In this document: positions 27,926 through 36,769 of the stretch, in pieces
Numbering within the stretch: position 1 is the stretch's first letter
Layout of the letters: each line of letters starts with the position of its first letter
NCBI GenBank assembly: GCA_023145955.1
Contig: JAGLDA010000051.1
Span: 1-43,816, forward strand
Source: Bacteroidales bacterium
GTDB taxonomy: Bacteria > Bacteroidota > Bacteroidia > Bacteroidales > UBA1556
Length of the DNA: 43,816 bases
Direction: 5' to 3'
The notes under the pieces: generated by a model
What the model was told of the DNA's origin: nothing
Database searches by the model: none
Seen by the model: only the letters and a program-made list of their open reading frames with translations
Program-made: the position numbers and the translations under genes

Positions 27926-30328
27926 TTAGTTTCTAAGAATTTTGCCTTTAGTAATAATACTTTGGATACGCTCAAGAGTTTTGCGTTTAGTACATAACTC
28001 AAGGAAAGCTCTTCTCTCTAAATCCAATAAATATTGTTCCGATACTTTTGTCATAGGAACGGAGATTTCGCCTCCAGCCATAACCCAACCAAGTTTCTCT
28101 GCAATAAGCTTATCATGCTCGCTCATATAATGCCCTTCGGTAAAACCATCAGCACCAACATAAACTAATCCCATAACTTCGTTACCTAATATCTTTATAT
28201 CATTACGAGGAGCTGGTTGAGAATAACCTTTATCAGCCATTTGTAATGCGGCTTGCTTAGCGTATGCTAGTTGGTGTGCACGAGATACAATTACCTCATC
28301 TACACCTTCGCGCATATAACCTAAATCAAAAGCTTCGTAAGCAGAAGTACTAACCTTTGCTTGACCAATACTTAAGTATCTATTAAGAAAAGCATTGGTT
28401 CTTACATCTCCTGCCTTAAGTTCGTCACCAAGGCGTAAGGCAAATTCTTTGGTACCACCACCACCAGGGATAAGGCCAACACCAAATTCTACTAAGCCCA
28501 TATATGTTTCTGCATGAGCAATAACTTTATCACTATGCATACAAATTTCGCATCCTCCACCTAAAGCCATTCCATGAGGAGCAGCAATTACAGGTATTGA
28601 AGAATAACGTAATCTCATTGTTGTTTTTTGGAACCATTGAATGGCCATATCAAGCTCTTCCCACTCTTGCTCTATAGCTAGCATATATATCATGCCCACA
28701 TTTGCACCTGCAGAAAAATGCTCTCCTTCATTAGATATTACTAAAGCCTTATAACTTGCCTCAGCAAGGTCAACAGCTTTGTTTATACCAATCAATACAC
28801 CTTCTCCAATAGTATTCATTTTAGTATGAACCTCAGCATTTAACACGCCATCACCTAAATCAATAATTGAAACATCATTATTCTCCCAAACAATATTATC
28901 TTCTCTAAGATTTGCCAACGAAAGTGTTGCTTCTTGACCTGGAATAACCTTATAAGCTTTAGTATTTAAATCGTAATAATACTTAAGACCTTTTTCTATT
29001 TTATAAAAGCTTTTTACTCCTGCATCCAACATATCATAAACCCATTGCGAAGGCTTCTTATCTATTTCTTCCATAGCCTTTACACTTTCCTCTACTCCCA
29101 CTGAATCCCATGTTTGAAATGGGCCTAACTTCCAGCCAAAGCCTGCGTTTAAAGCATCATCTACCTTATATATATCCTCAGTAATTTCAGGAATACGATT
29201 AGATACAAACTGAAAAAGACCATAAAATGACTTTCGATAAAAATCGCCAACTTTAGTATCATCTTTCATATATATTGCTACGCGCTTTCCTATATCATCA
29301 ACACCTTTAGTCTTTTCAAAAACCTTAAATTTTGGTTTCTTATCTTCAGAATATTCTAAAGTATCAAAATCAAGTGTTAAGAATTTCTTTTTACCATTTT
29401 CAACAACTTTCTTAAAGAAACCTTGCTTTGTTTTAGATCCTAACCATTTATTTTCCAACATAGTATCAACGTATGATGGTATAGAGAAAGCCTCGTTGGC
29501 TTCATCATTGGTAGTTTCTTTTATATTATTAGCAACATGTACTAATGTATCAAGTCCAACAAGATCAGCAGTACGGAAAGTAGCAGATTTTGCTCTACCA
29601 ATAAGTGGCCCAGTAAGCTTATCAATTTCTGTAATTGTTAAATCATACTCTTTTACATTATTAAATAAGTCCATAATAGAGTATGTACCTATTCTATTTG
29701 CAATAAATGCAGGAGTATCTTTTGCCAATACTGCGGTTTTACCTAAAAAACGACCAGCATAATCAGTTAAGAATTCCAAAACTTCAGGATTTGTCTTCGT
29801 TGAAGGAATAATCTCAAAAAGCTGCAAATAACGCGGTGGGTTAAAAAAGTGAGTTCCACAGAAATTAGCCTTAAAATCATCACTCCTACCTTCAAGCATT
29901 GCCTCTATTGATATGCCTGATGTATTAGTAGTTATTAAGCTACCCTTTTTACGATATTTTTCAACATTAGTAAAAACTGATTGTTTAATATCAAGTCTTT
30001 CAATTACAACTTCAATAATCCAATCACAATCTTTAATTTGTTTCAAGTCATCGTCAAAATTGCCAGTAGTAATCCTAGTGGCAAACGACTTTTTGTAAAT
30101 TGGACTTGGCTTAGATTTTAGTGCAGCAGTTAAAGCATTATTAACAATACGGTTTCTGAATACTTTGCTCTCTGCAGTAATACCTTGCTTTTTTTCTTTG
30201 TCGGTAAGTTCATTAGGCACAATATCTATCAAGAGCACTTCTACTCCTATATTGGCAAAATGACATGCAATACCAGAGCCCATTACTCCAGAACCTAATA
30301 TTGCAATCTTTTTAATTTTGCGATTCAT
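27926..30328 (-). CDS. fadN: Bifunctional 3-hydroxyacyl-CoA dehydrogenase / enoyl-CoA hydratase (FadN-type domain order)
   Basis: N-terminal NAD Rossmann IAILGSGVMGSGIA. C-terminal crotonase motif EGEHFSAGANVGMI...GGGCEI. 800 aa with the dehydrogenase first, as in Bacillus FadN (YusL). Confidence 0.9.
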   Translation of the reverse strand: MNRKIKKIAILGSGVMGSGIACHFANIGVEVLLIDIVPNELTDKEKKQGITAESKVFRNRIVNNALTAALKSKPSPIYKKSFATRITTGNFDDDLKQIKDCDWIIEVVIERLDIKQSVFTNVEKYRKKGSLITTNTSGISIEAMLEGRSDDFKANFCGTHFFNPPRYLQLFEIIPSTKTNPEVLEFLTDYAGRFLGKTAVLAKDTPAFIANRIGTYSIMDLFNNVKEYDLTITEIDKLTGPLIGRAKSATFRTADLVGLDTLVHVANNIKETTNDEANEAFSIPSYVDTMLENKWLGSKTKQGFFKKVVENGKKKFLTLDFDTLEYSEDKKPKFKVFEKTKGVDDIGKRVAIYMKDDTKVGDFYRKSFYGLFQFVSNRIPEITEDIYKVDDALNAGFGWKLGPFQTWDSVGVEESVKAMEEIDKKPSQWVYDMLDAGVKSFYKIEKGLKYYYDLNTKAYKVIPGQEATLSLANLREDNIVWENNDVSIIDLGDGVLNAEVHTKMNTIGEGVLIGINKAVDLAEASYKALVISNEGEHFSAGANVGMIYMLAIEQEWEELDMAIQWFQKTTMRLRYSSIPVIAAPHGMALGGGCEICMHSDKVIAHAETYMGLVEFGVGLIPGGGGTKEFALRLGDELKAGDVRTNAFLNRYLSIGQAKVSTSAYEAFDLGYMREGVDEVIVSRAHQLAYAKQAALQMADKGYSQPAPRNDIKILGNEVMGLVYVGADGFTEGHYMSEHDKLIAEKLGWVMAGGEISVPMTKVSEQYLLDLERRAFLELCTKRKTLERIQSIITKGKILRN

Positions 30329-30391
30329 AATTATATATGTTTTTAGGGTTGTCCTAATAAATATCAGGAAAAACCATTGTTAGATTATGGG

Positions 30392-30826
30392 TTATTTCTT
30401 TTTAATAATTTTATCAACTTCACTTGTTACTATTTTAGAAACTTTTATGAAAGCATCAAGCTCATCCTCACTTACAGAGTTCATTATGCGCTCGTTAAAA
30501 CTAAGAACTTTATCTTTAGCTATTCGTCGGCGCTCTAGTCCTTTATCTGTAAGAAATAATTTGGTAATTCTTTTGTCTTTGGGGTCACTTTTTTTATAAA
30601 TACAACCTTCTTTCTCCATATTATTTAATAAACGTGTAAGGCTTGATTTTTTCATCTCTAGCTTTTCTGATAATTTCCCAGGAGAAATACCTTCTTTTGA
30701 AATATAAACTAATACAAAACCTATTGTTTGTGTTATTCCATATTCTGCTCCAACCAAATTATACATCCGTTTTAATGCCATTGAGGAGGCTTTTGAGTAA
30801 AATTCTATTGTTTCGTTTAATTGCAT
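30392..30826 (-). CDS. MarR-family transcriptional regulator
   Basis: 144 aa. Winged-helix region ISPGKLSEKLEMKKSSLTRLLNNMEKEGCIYKKSDPKDKRITKLFLTDKG. First gene upstream of fadN-fadA-fadE on the same strand. Confidence 0.85.
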   Translation of the reverse strand: MQLNETIEFYSKASSMALKRMYNLVGAEYGITQTIGFVLVYISKEGISPGKLSEKLEMKKSSLTRLLNNMEKEGCIYKKSDPKDKRITKLFLTDKGLERRRIAKDKVLSFNERIMNSVSEDELDAFIKVSKIVTSEVDKIIKKK

Positions 30827-30940
30827 CTTTTTAAATAATATGAACAGGGATAATAATATCCGATTTTTAGTGTTTTGATAGCATTCTGTGAGATATTATT
30901 TTTATTAAATTAATTCAATAATTAATAATTCTCACATTTA

Positions 30941-30985
30941 GTATGCATGCGTACAAAATTAGGGAAAAATAGTACGCATGCGAAC
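30941..30985. promoter_or_regulatory. Pair of 14-bp near-palindromic operator-like sites upstream of the MarR gene
   Basis: gtatgcatgcgtac (30941-30954) and gtacgcatgcgaac (30972-30985). Both are one or two mismatches from the perfect palindrome GTACGCATGCGTAC. Centres are 31 bp apart, about 115-160 bp upstream of the MarR ATG. Confidence 0.55.
30954..30961 (-). promoter_or_regulatory. Candidate Bacteroidota -7 promoter box (TAnnTTTG) for the MarR-fad operon
   Basis: The minus strand reads TAATTTTG, located exactly between the two palindromic sites. This is a motif match only. Confidence 0.4.
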
Positions 30986-31471
30986 TATTTATGTAAAAAA
31001 TAATGAAATATTTTTAAAACTATTCTTATTATCCTAATTATCATTTAATTATATTTGTAAATATATTAAGAATAAAAATATATTTAGAGTGTTTTTTATA
31101 AAATGAAGAGAAATAATATAAATATTAAACCCATTTTTAAATAGATAGTAGTAATTATTATCTTTACTTTGTATCATCATTAAACTTATTTCCACTCTAA
31201 ACCCTGTAGCGCATAAATTATAAATCTCTATTATTATGAGTCAATAAAGAATTTATTTAATGGAGGAATACACTATAAAAAATTAGATATTAGGACTTAT
31301 AATGAAATCGAGAACATCTTATTTATTTGAATATTAAGAATTTAAAACCTTTGTTGTATTTAGGGATCAATACTATCGATAAGATAACAGTGTATATTAA
31401 TAGATAAATAGGTGCTTAAGCTAAAGCATTTATTCATACAAACAATAAACCATAAAGTGTAAAACTTTTTT

Positions 31472-31479
31472 TATCTTTG
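31472..31479 (+). promoter_or_regulatory. Candidate -7 promoter box (TAnnTTTG) for the lipoprotein gene
   Basis: TATCTTTG lies 72 nt upstream of the ATG at 31551. It is bracketed by an 11-bp perfect inverted repeat, aaagtgtaaaa (31454-31464) / ttttacacttt (31512-31522). Confidence 0.35.
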
Positions 31480-31550
31480 TTTTATATAATAATATAGGCA
31501 AATAGACTGTTTTTTACACTTTCTATTTAATAGTTTAATAAAAAAATCAT

Positions 31551-32570
31551 ATGAAACAATTAACATTTTTAGTACTTGCATTTATAGTTGTATTATTTTC
31601 TTGTCAAAAGGAAGAGGATAAAGACACTACTGCTCCTTCAATTAATATTATTGGAGATAATACTATTTCCATTTTTCAAGATAGCTCATACATTGATTTA
31701 GGTTATAAAGCTACTGACAATATAGATGGAGATATTACCTATAAAGTGATTGTAACTGGCACCGTTGATACAACTACTATTGGAACATATATAATAAAAT
31801 ACAATGTAAAAGATGAAGCAGGCAATAGTGCAGTAGAAGTTATTAAAACTGTAGTTATAAGTCGATATTTAATTCCTAAAATTGAACAAAATGGTTTTGC
31901 AATTAACTATACTGCTGCATGGTGTGAGTATTGTGGCATTTGGGGTATACCATTAATTCACGATATGGCTACTCTTGCTCCCAATGGTGCTATACTATCC
32001 ATACATGTTAGTGGTGATCCAATGGAAAATGCGCTATATCTTTCCTTTGCATCAGAAAGATCTCCAAATGGCGGTATTCCTGCGTTTTGGGTTGGGGATA
32101 TTAAAACAGCTAATATTAATGAAATGGTTCAATTGCTTAATAGTGGTGATGCTGATGCGGGTGTTGATTACTCTTATAGTATTGATAATAATAAAATGAC
32201 CATAAAAACAAAAACGCAATTCTATATTCAAAATTCTGGCGTATATTATTTAAGCATAATTATACTTGAGGATGGTATAGATGGAAGCTCAAATGCTCCT
32301 ATTGATTTTCAACAACAAGGTGTAAGCAATTCGTACCCTAATGATGATTATACGCATGATTTTGTTGTCCGTAGAAGTTCACTATCTACTTATGCCTACG
32401 GTGAACAAATTGCTAAAAATCCTGATTATAATTCATTTATAGAAAAGAATTATGAAATAGAGCTGGAATCTAATTGGCAAAACCCATATCCTGTAGCAAT
32501 TATTTGGGAATACAAACCTAATGATTCGCCTAAGTATCATTTTGTAAATTCGTTAAAGAGGAAAAATTAA
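31551..32570 (+). CDS. Lipoprotein with an N-terminal DUF5011-type Ig-like domain and a C-terminal Omp28-related (thioredoxin-like) domain
   Basis: Lipoprotein signal peptide ending LFSC. The DUF5011-like stretch TTAPSINIIGDNTISIFQDSSYIDLGYKATDNIDGDITYKVIVTGTVDTTTIGTYIIKYNVKDEAGNSA is very typical. YTAAWCEYCGIWG resembles the Omp28 family CxxC region. Confidence 0.7.
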   Translation: MKQLTFLVLAFIVVLFSCQKEEDKDTTAPSINIIGDNTISIFQDSSYIDLGYKATDNIDGDITYKVIVTGTVDTTTIGTYIIKYNVKDEAGNSAVEVIKTVVISRYLIPKIEQNGFAINYTAAWCEYCGIWGIPLIHDMATLAPNGAILSIHVSGDPMENALYLSFASERSPNGGIPAFWVGDIKTANINEMVQLLNSGDADAGVDYSYSIDNNKMTIKTKTQFYIQNSGVYYLSIIILEDGIDGSSNAPIDFQQQGVSNSYPNDDYTHDFVVRRSSLSTYAYGEQIAKNPDYNSFIEKNYEIELESNWQNPYPVAIIWEYKPNDSPKYHFVNSLKRKN

Positions 32571-32729
32571 CATAATAGCATAATTTACACTTAAAAAAAA
32601 CAATCATTAAGTTAAAATCCTAATTATTGATTCACAATTTTACAGCTTATTGCTATTCTTAAAACAGGGGTTTCACATTTCATCTTCTTATTCTTTAGTA
32701 ACCATAATAACTAAATAAAGTTGTTAATT

Positions 32730-33722
32730 CTAAAGATAAGGCCCTATTTTTCCGAGGTGTTTTATATTTATTTTTTTTCCAATTTTAATATTCCACATTG
32801 TATGGATGGTTCCTAAGTACGAGTTATTATATTCTAATCTATCGGTTTCGATAGTAAAAACAAATGAAGCAAAAAAGTTTTCTGAATTATAACCAACAGA
32901 GCTATTAAATTCAAATAATGGCATAATACCATATACTATAGAGTGATGGTTGTTAAGTTCTACGTTATTCCTATTAAAACCAATTCCAGCTCCAACCATA
33001 GCAGCAATATAAAAACCTTTATATACTCCTGTGGCTGCAAAGCTAGGAATTATACGAAAGGAAGTATTATTAATATCAGTAATAATATCTTCCACATTAA
33101 AACTTAGTGAATCAGACAATAGAAAATCACCATTTATGTTATAATAGTTGATTCCTGCATTAATAAAAGGGCTTATAGCACTTTTGCGTTGTATATTATA
33201 ATTCTTAAAACTAGCATCAAAATTATACTTTTTTGAAAAGAAATAGTAAATATGTCCACCATATTGATTTATTTTTATATCCTTTCTGATTTTATAAACT
33301 TGGATATTATAATCTGGATATACAATCTTTTCCTCTACTCCAGAAAAAGTTTTAATACGTAGCTCTCCAAAAAAACGACGATAAGAATAGCCTCCTTTAA
33401 AAGCAAAGGCCTTTAGATTTTGAAGCTGAGGAATACTAGAACGTGGTAACTCTAGAGTTAGGCTGAAGCCGAATCTATAGAAACTCGCTCCAAAGCCTAA
33501 GCTATTATATTGCCGTGTATCATAAGATAAGCTTGTAATATCGCCATTTTTATGATTATAATCGTAATAGAAGTCGGAAATAGAAGATTCGAATAAAGGA
33601 TAAACAGTAAACTTATCCTTAGTGAGAAACACATAATTTGAATCAAACTGTGAGTAAGCACTAAAACCAATTAATTGAATTAGTATAAAAACTAATATCC
33701 TATAAATGCTTTTGTACAACAT
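32730..33722 (-). CDS. Predicted outer-membrane beta-barrel protein (possibly DUF4421-like)
   Basis: Signal peptide MLYKSIYRILVFILIQLIGFSAYSQ. Alternating aromatic/hydrophobic beta-strand pattern throughout, with Y/F-rich strand ends. Starts 1 nt after the upstream gene stop. The family name is a guess from size and taxon. Confidence 0.5.
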   Translation of the reverse strand: MLYKSIYRILVFILIQLIGFSAYSQFDSNYVFLTKDKFTVYPLFESSISDFYYDYNHKNGDITSLSYDTRQYNSLGFGASFYRFGFSLTLELPRSSIPQLQNLKAFAFKGGYSYRRFFGELRIKTFSGVEEKIVYPDYNIQVYKIRKDIKINQYGGHIYYFFSKKYNFDASFKNYNIQRKSAISPFINAGINYYNINGDFLLSDSLSFNVEDIITDINNTSFRIIPSFAATGVYKGFYIAAMVGAGIGFNRNNVELNNHHSIVYGIMPLFEFNSSVGYNSENFFASFVFTIETDRLEYNNSYLGTIHTMWNIKIGKKINIKHLGKIGPYL

Positions 33723-33723
33723 A

Positions 33724-35094
33724 CTAGCTTAGTTTCTTAAGTTTGCTTAATAATCTACGCCTAGCATTACGCACTTCTACCTTATTGTCATTAGTTGTTT
33801 CATTTTGCATTTGCTCTTCAACTTTATCTAATATTTTATACGGAATATTAGAGAGTACCCTATCTTTTAGAATTATACTTTGATTTTGCAATGAAAAATA
33901 TATTGTGCTTGCATCAATACCTTTAAAAAGCTTTCGGAGCTTTACCTTTGGCATTGTTTCAATATCAGCAAATCTATATTGCGAATTCTTCAAATTATCC
34001 TCTTCAAGGCATACATCAAGAGTATTAATTAACTCTTCAAATTTATTATCAATTATATTTTCAAAAGAATCAGAAATACCTAATAGCCTAACAATATAGG
34101 CTTTAGAATATACTTCATTATTAATATTAGAAACCATATTCAAAGAACTGACTGATTTCCATAATTCAGATTTTTCTATATTCTTGCATTTATTAATATC
34201 GGCATTGATACTATTAATATGAGTGGCAAAACTTTTCGATTTTTCGTCTCTCATTAATATATCTGCTATAGTATCATCAAGTTTTTTATTATTATTTGGA
34301 ATGCTTACTGCCTGCACATGATTAATAAGTTCGGATGATGAGCTAAAAGCATAATTACTCTCACTCATTAGTATTTCTGGAAAATCCCTTAGTTTTTTCA
34401 ATAAAACATCATTATTTATAAAATCAGAATAATTAATATTGATATTAACTACCTGAGTATTATCTGGCTTAGAGTTCAGTGTATTTATTATACTTGCTAA
34501 GTCAAGGGTATCGTTCATAAAAGCACTTTGTAAATCTGTTTCTGCTTGCAGTAATTTCAAATCAATAGCCTCATCTATTAGCAATACCTCATTAATATAG
34601 TCTTTGTATAAATTATTATTAGCCCATATTGCTCCTATGGTTGTACTATCAATATTGTTTAATAAATCAGCACATACAAAGTTGTTAGCAAATAGTATAT
34701 CTGAAGATTTAAATCCCAATAGGTCGTAAATTAACTCGCTATTATCAGCAATCTCATTGTTTAACTTATTCTTGCTATCAATACTATAAACATTAGATAT
34801 TGTGCTATTAATAGCTATAGATCTTTTATTTAGCACACTTATACTCTTTAAAAACTCAGGGGCATACTTTCTATAATGAAGCAGTGTTTCATTTGAAATG
34901 CTGATACTATATTTAAATAGGCTTCCAAACTCATCACTAATTTCAGATAATACCTTATTTACTTTTAAATAATGATTTATAACAATATCGTTAGAAATTT
35001 TCTTTATTGAATTCTCATTCAAACTATCTATTCCCTTAATATTTAATATATTATCTATATGATTTATTTCAAAATTTAAACAGACTGAAGGCAT
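33724..35094 (-). CDS. Hypothetical cytoplasmic protein, degenerate GH57-like N-terminal region with a helical C-terminal domain
   Basis: No signal peptide. MPSVCLNFEINH, KYSISISNETLLHYRKYAPEF, NSELIYDLLGF, VVNININYSDF and LRDFPEILMSESNYAFSSSSELINHVQAVSIP follow the order of conserved blocks I remember from Bacteroidota GH57 alpha-amylase-like proteins. Strongly Asn/Ile/Ser-rich. The assignment is by eye only. Confidence 0.4.
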   Translation of the reverse strand: MPSVCLNFEINHIDNILNIKGIDSLNENSIKKISNDIVINHYLKVNKVLSEISDEFGSLFKYSISISNETLLHYRKYAPEFLKSISVLNKRSIAINSTISNVYSIDSKNKLNNEIADNSELIYDLLGFKSSDILFANNFVCADLLNNIDSTTIGAIWANNNLYKDYINEVLLIDEAIDLKLLQAETDLQSAFMNDTLDLASIINTLNSKPDNTQVVNININYSDFINNDVLLKKLRDFPEILMSESNYAFSSSSELINHVQAVSIPNNNKKLDDTIADILMRDEKSKSFATHINSINADINKCKNIEKSELWKSVSSLNMVSNINNEVYSKAYIVRLLGISDSFENIIDNKFEELINTLDVCLEEDNLKNSQYRFADIETMPKVKLRKLFKGIDASTIYFSLQNQSIILKDRVLSNIPYKILDKVEEQMQNETTNDNKVEVRNARRRLLSKLKKLS

Positions 35095-35319
35095 AAAACA
35101 AACTTATTAGTATATATAAATGTGCTATTTTTAATATTTAGCCTTGCAAAAATAGTGTATTTATAGCTCAAAGTAAAGAAAATATAGCTTAGACCTTAGT
35201 AATAATTAATTGACATATGTATTTTCAACAATATTAAGCTGAAAACTTATTTATTATTAAATATAAATTTCCAACTAAACTTATACTTTTATACTTTATT
35301 ATCTGAAAATATAGAACAA

Positions 35320-36684
35320 ATGAATAAGATACATTTTATAGCAATTGGTGGCAGTGCAATGCATAACTTAGCAATAGCATTGCATTTAAAAGGATATGAA
35401 GTAAGTGGTTCTGATGATGAGATTTTTGAACCTTCAAAATCACGATTAAAGAAATATAATATTCTACCTGAGAGTGATGGTTGGAATCCTAAGAATATTA
35501 GTAAGGATTTAGATGCTATAATTGTAGGTATGCATGCACGCATTGATAATCCTGAATTATTAAAAGCTCAAGAATTAGGTATTAAGATATTCTCCTACCC
35601 TGAGTTTCTATACGAACAGTCAAAAGATAAAACCCGTATTGTGATTGGTGGTAGCCATGGCAAAACTACAATTACATCCATGATATTGCATGTAATGCAG
35701 GAGCAAAATATTGAAACCGATTATATGGTAGGTGCCAAGCTCGAAGGTTTTGAGGTGATGGTGAAGCTAACTGATAGTGCTAAGTATATGGTTATTGAAG
35801 GTGATGAGTACCTAACCTCTCCTATCGACAGGCGTCCTAAATTTCATTTATATATGCCACATATTGCCCTATTGAGTGGTATAGCTTGGGATCATATAAA
35901 TGTATTTCCTACATTTGATAATTATGTAAGTCAGTTTAGTACTTTTATTGATTTAATAGATAAAAATGGTGCTTTAATATATTGCAACCAAGATAAAGAG
36001 TTAAATACAATAGCCAAAAACACAAATACTGATTTAAAGAAATTAGCCTACGGTATTCCTAAACATAGGATTGACAATAATGGCATTACACATATAAATG
36101 TAGAAGGTAAAGAATACTCTCTTAAGGTTTTTGGGGATCATAATCTAATGAACCTAAATGGCGCACAATTGGTTTGCGAGCAGATTGGGATTAATAAGCA
36201 TGAGTTTTACAAATCCATAAGCAGTTTCAAAGGAGCATCAAATAGACTTGAGCTTATTGCTGAAAACGATAATACAAAAGTATTCAAAGACTTTGCCCAT
36301 AGCCCTTCCAAGCTTATGGCTACTACCTCAGCAATGAAACATCAATTTACTAAGCGCAAATTAGTAGCTTGCATGGAGCTTCATACTTTTAGTTCACTAA
36401 GTACCGATTTTCTTTCGCATTACAAAAACGCAATGAATGAAGCGGATATAGCCATAGTATACTATAGCCCACATACTTTAGAGCATAAAAAGCTACCTCC
36501 AATAAGTCCACAGCAAGTAATTGATGGTTTTGGTAATGATAATTTATTGGTTTTTACAGAATCCGAAAAACTTCAGAATTTTTTGTTAGATATAGATTAT
36601 AGTGACAAAAATCTATTAATTATGACCTCTGGAAATTTAGATGGAGTTGATTTAAACGAATTTGCAAAACGTATTTTAATTTAA
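35320..36684 (+). CDS. mpl: UDP-N-acetylmuramate:L-alanyl-gamma-D-glutamyl-meso-diaminopimelate ligase (Mur ligase family, Mpl-like)
   Basis: N-terminus IHFIAIGGSAMHNLAIALHLKGYEVSGSD, ATP-binding IGGSHGKTTITSM, and GDEY plus DFAHSPSK motifs of Mur ligases. The length of about 450 aa fits Mpl. Confidence 0.8.
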   Translation: MNKIHFIAIGGSAMHNLAIALHLKGYEVSGSDDEIFEPSKSRLKKYNILPESDGWNPKNISKDLDAIIVGMHARIDNPELLKAQELGIKIFSYPEFLYEQSKDKTRIVIGGSHGKTTITSMILHVMQEQNIETDYMVGAKLEGFEVMVKLTDSAKYMVIEGDEYLTSPIDRRPKFHLYMPHIALLSGIAWDHINVFPTFDNYVSQFSTFIDLIDKNGALIYCNQDKELNTIAKNTNTDLKKLAYGIPKHRIDNNGITHINVEGKEYSLKVFGDHNLMNLNGAQLVCEQIGINKHEFYKSISSFKGASNRLELIAENDNTKVFKDFAHSPSKLMATTSAMKHQFTKRKLVACMELHTFSSLSTDFLSHYKNAMNEADIAIVYYSPHTLEHKKLPPISPQQVIDGFGNDNLLVFTESEKLQNFLLDIDYSDKNLLIMTSGNLDGVDLNEFAKRILI

Positions 36685-36711
36685 GAATTAATAAATAGTT
36701 CTCAAAACAAT

Positions 36712-36746
36712 AAAACCCCAATTTGAATTTATCAAATTGGGGTTTT
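36712..36746. terminator. Bidirectional intrinsic terminator between mpl and sppA
   Basis: Stem ccccaatttg / caaattgggg (36716-36725 / 36733-36742) with a 7-nt loop. An A-run precedes it and a T-run follows it. Confidence 0.8.
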
Positions 36747-36769
36747 AAATATTTTAGTATATGATATTA

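Noticed and set aside
35289-35543. 84-aa minus-strand ORF overlapping the mpl 5' end
   Set aside because: It is antisense to the conserved Mur-ligase N-terminal Rossmann region. It is a shadow ORF.
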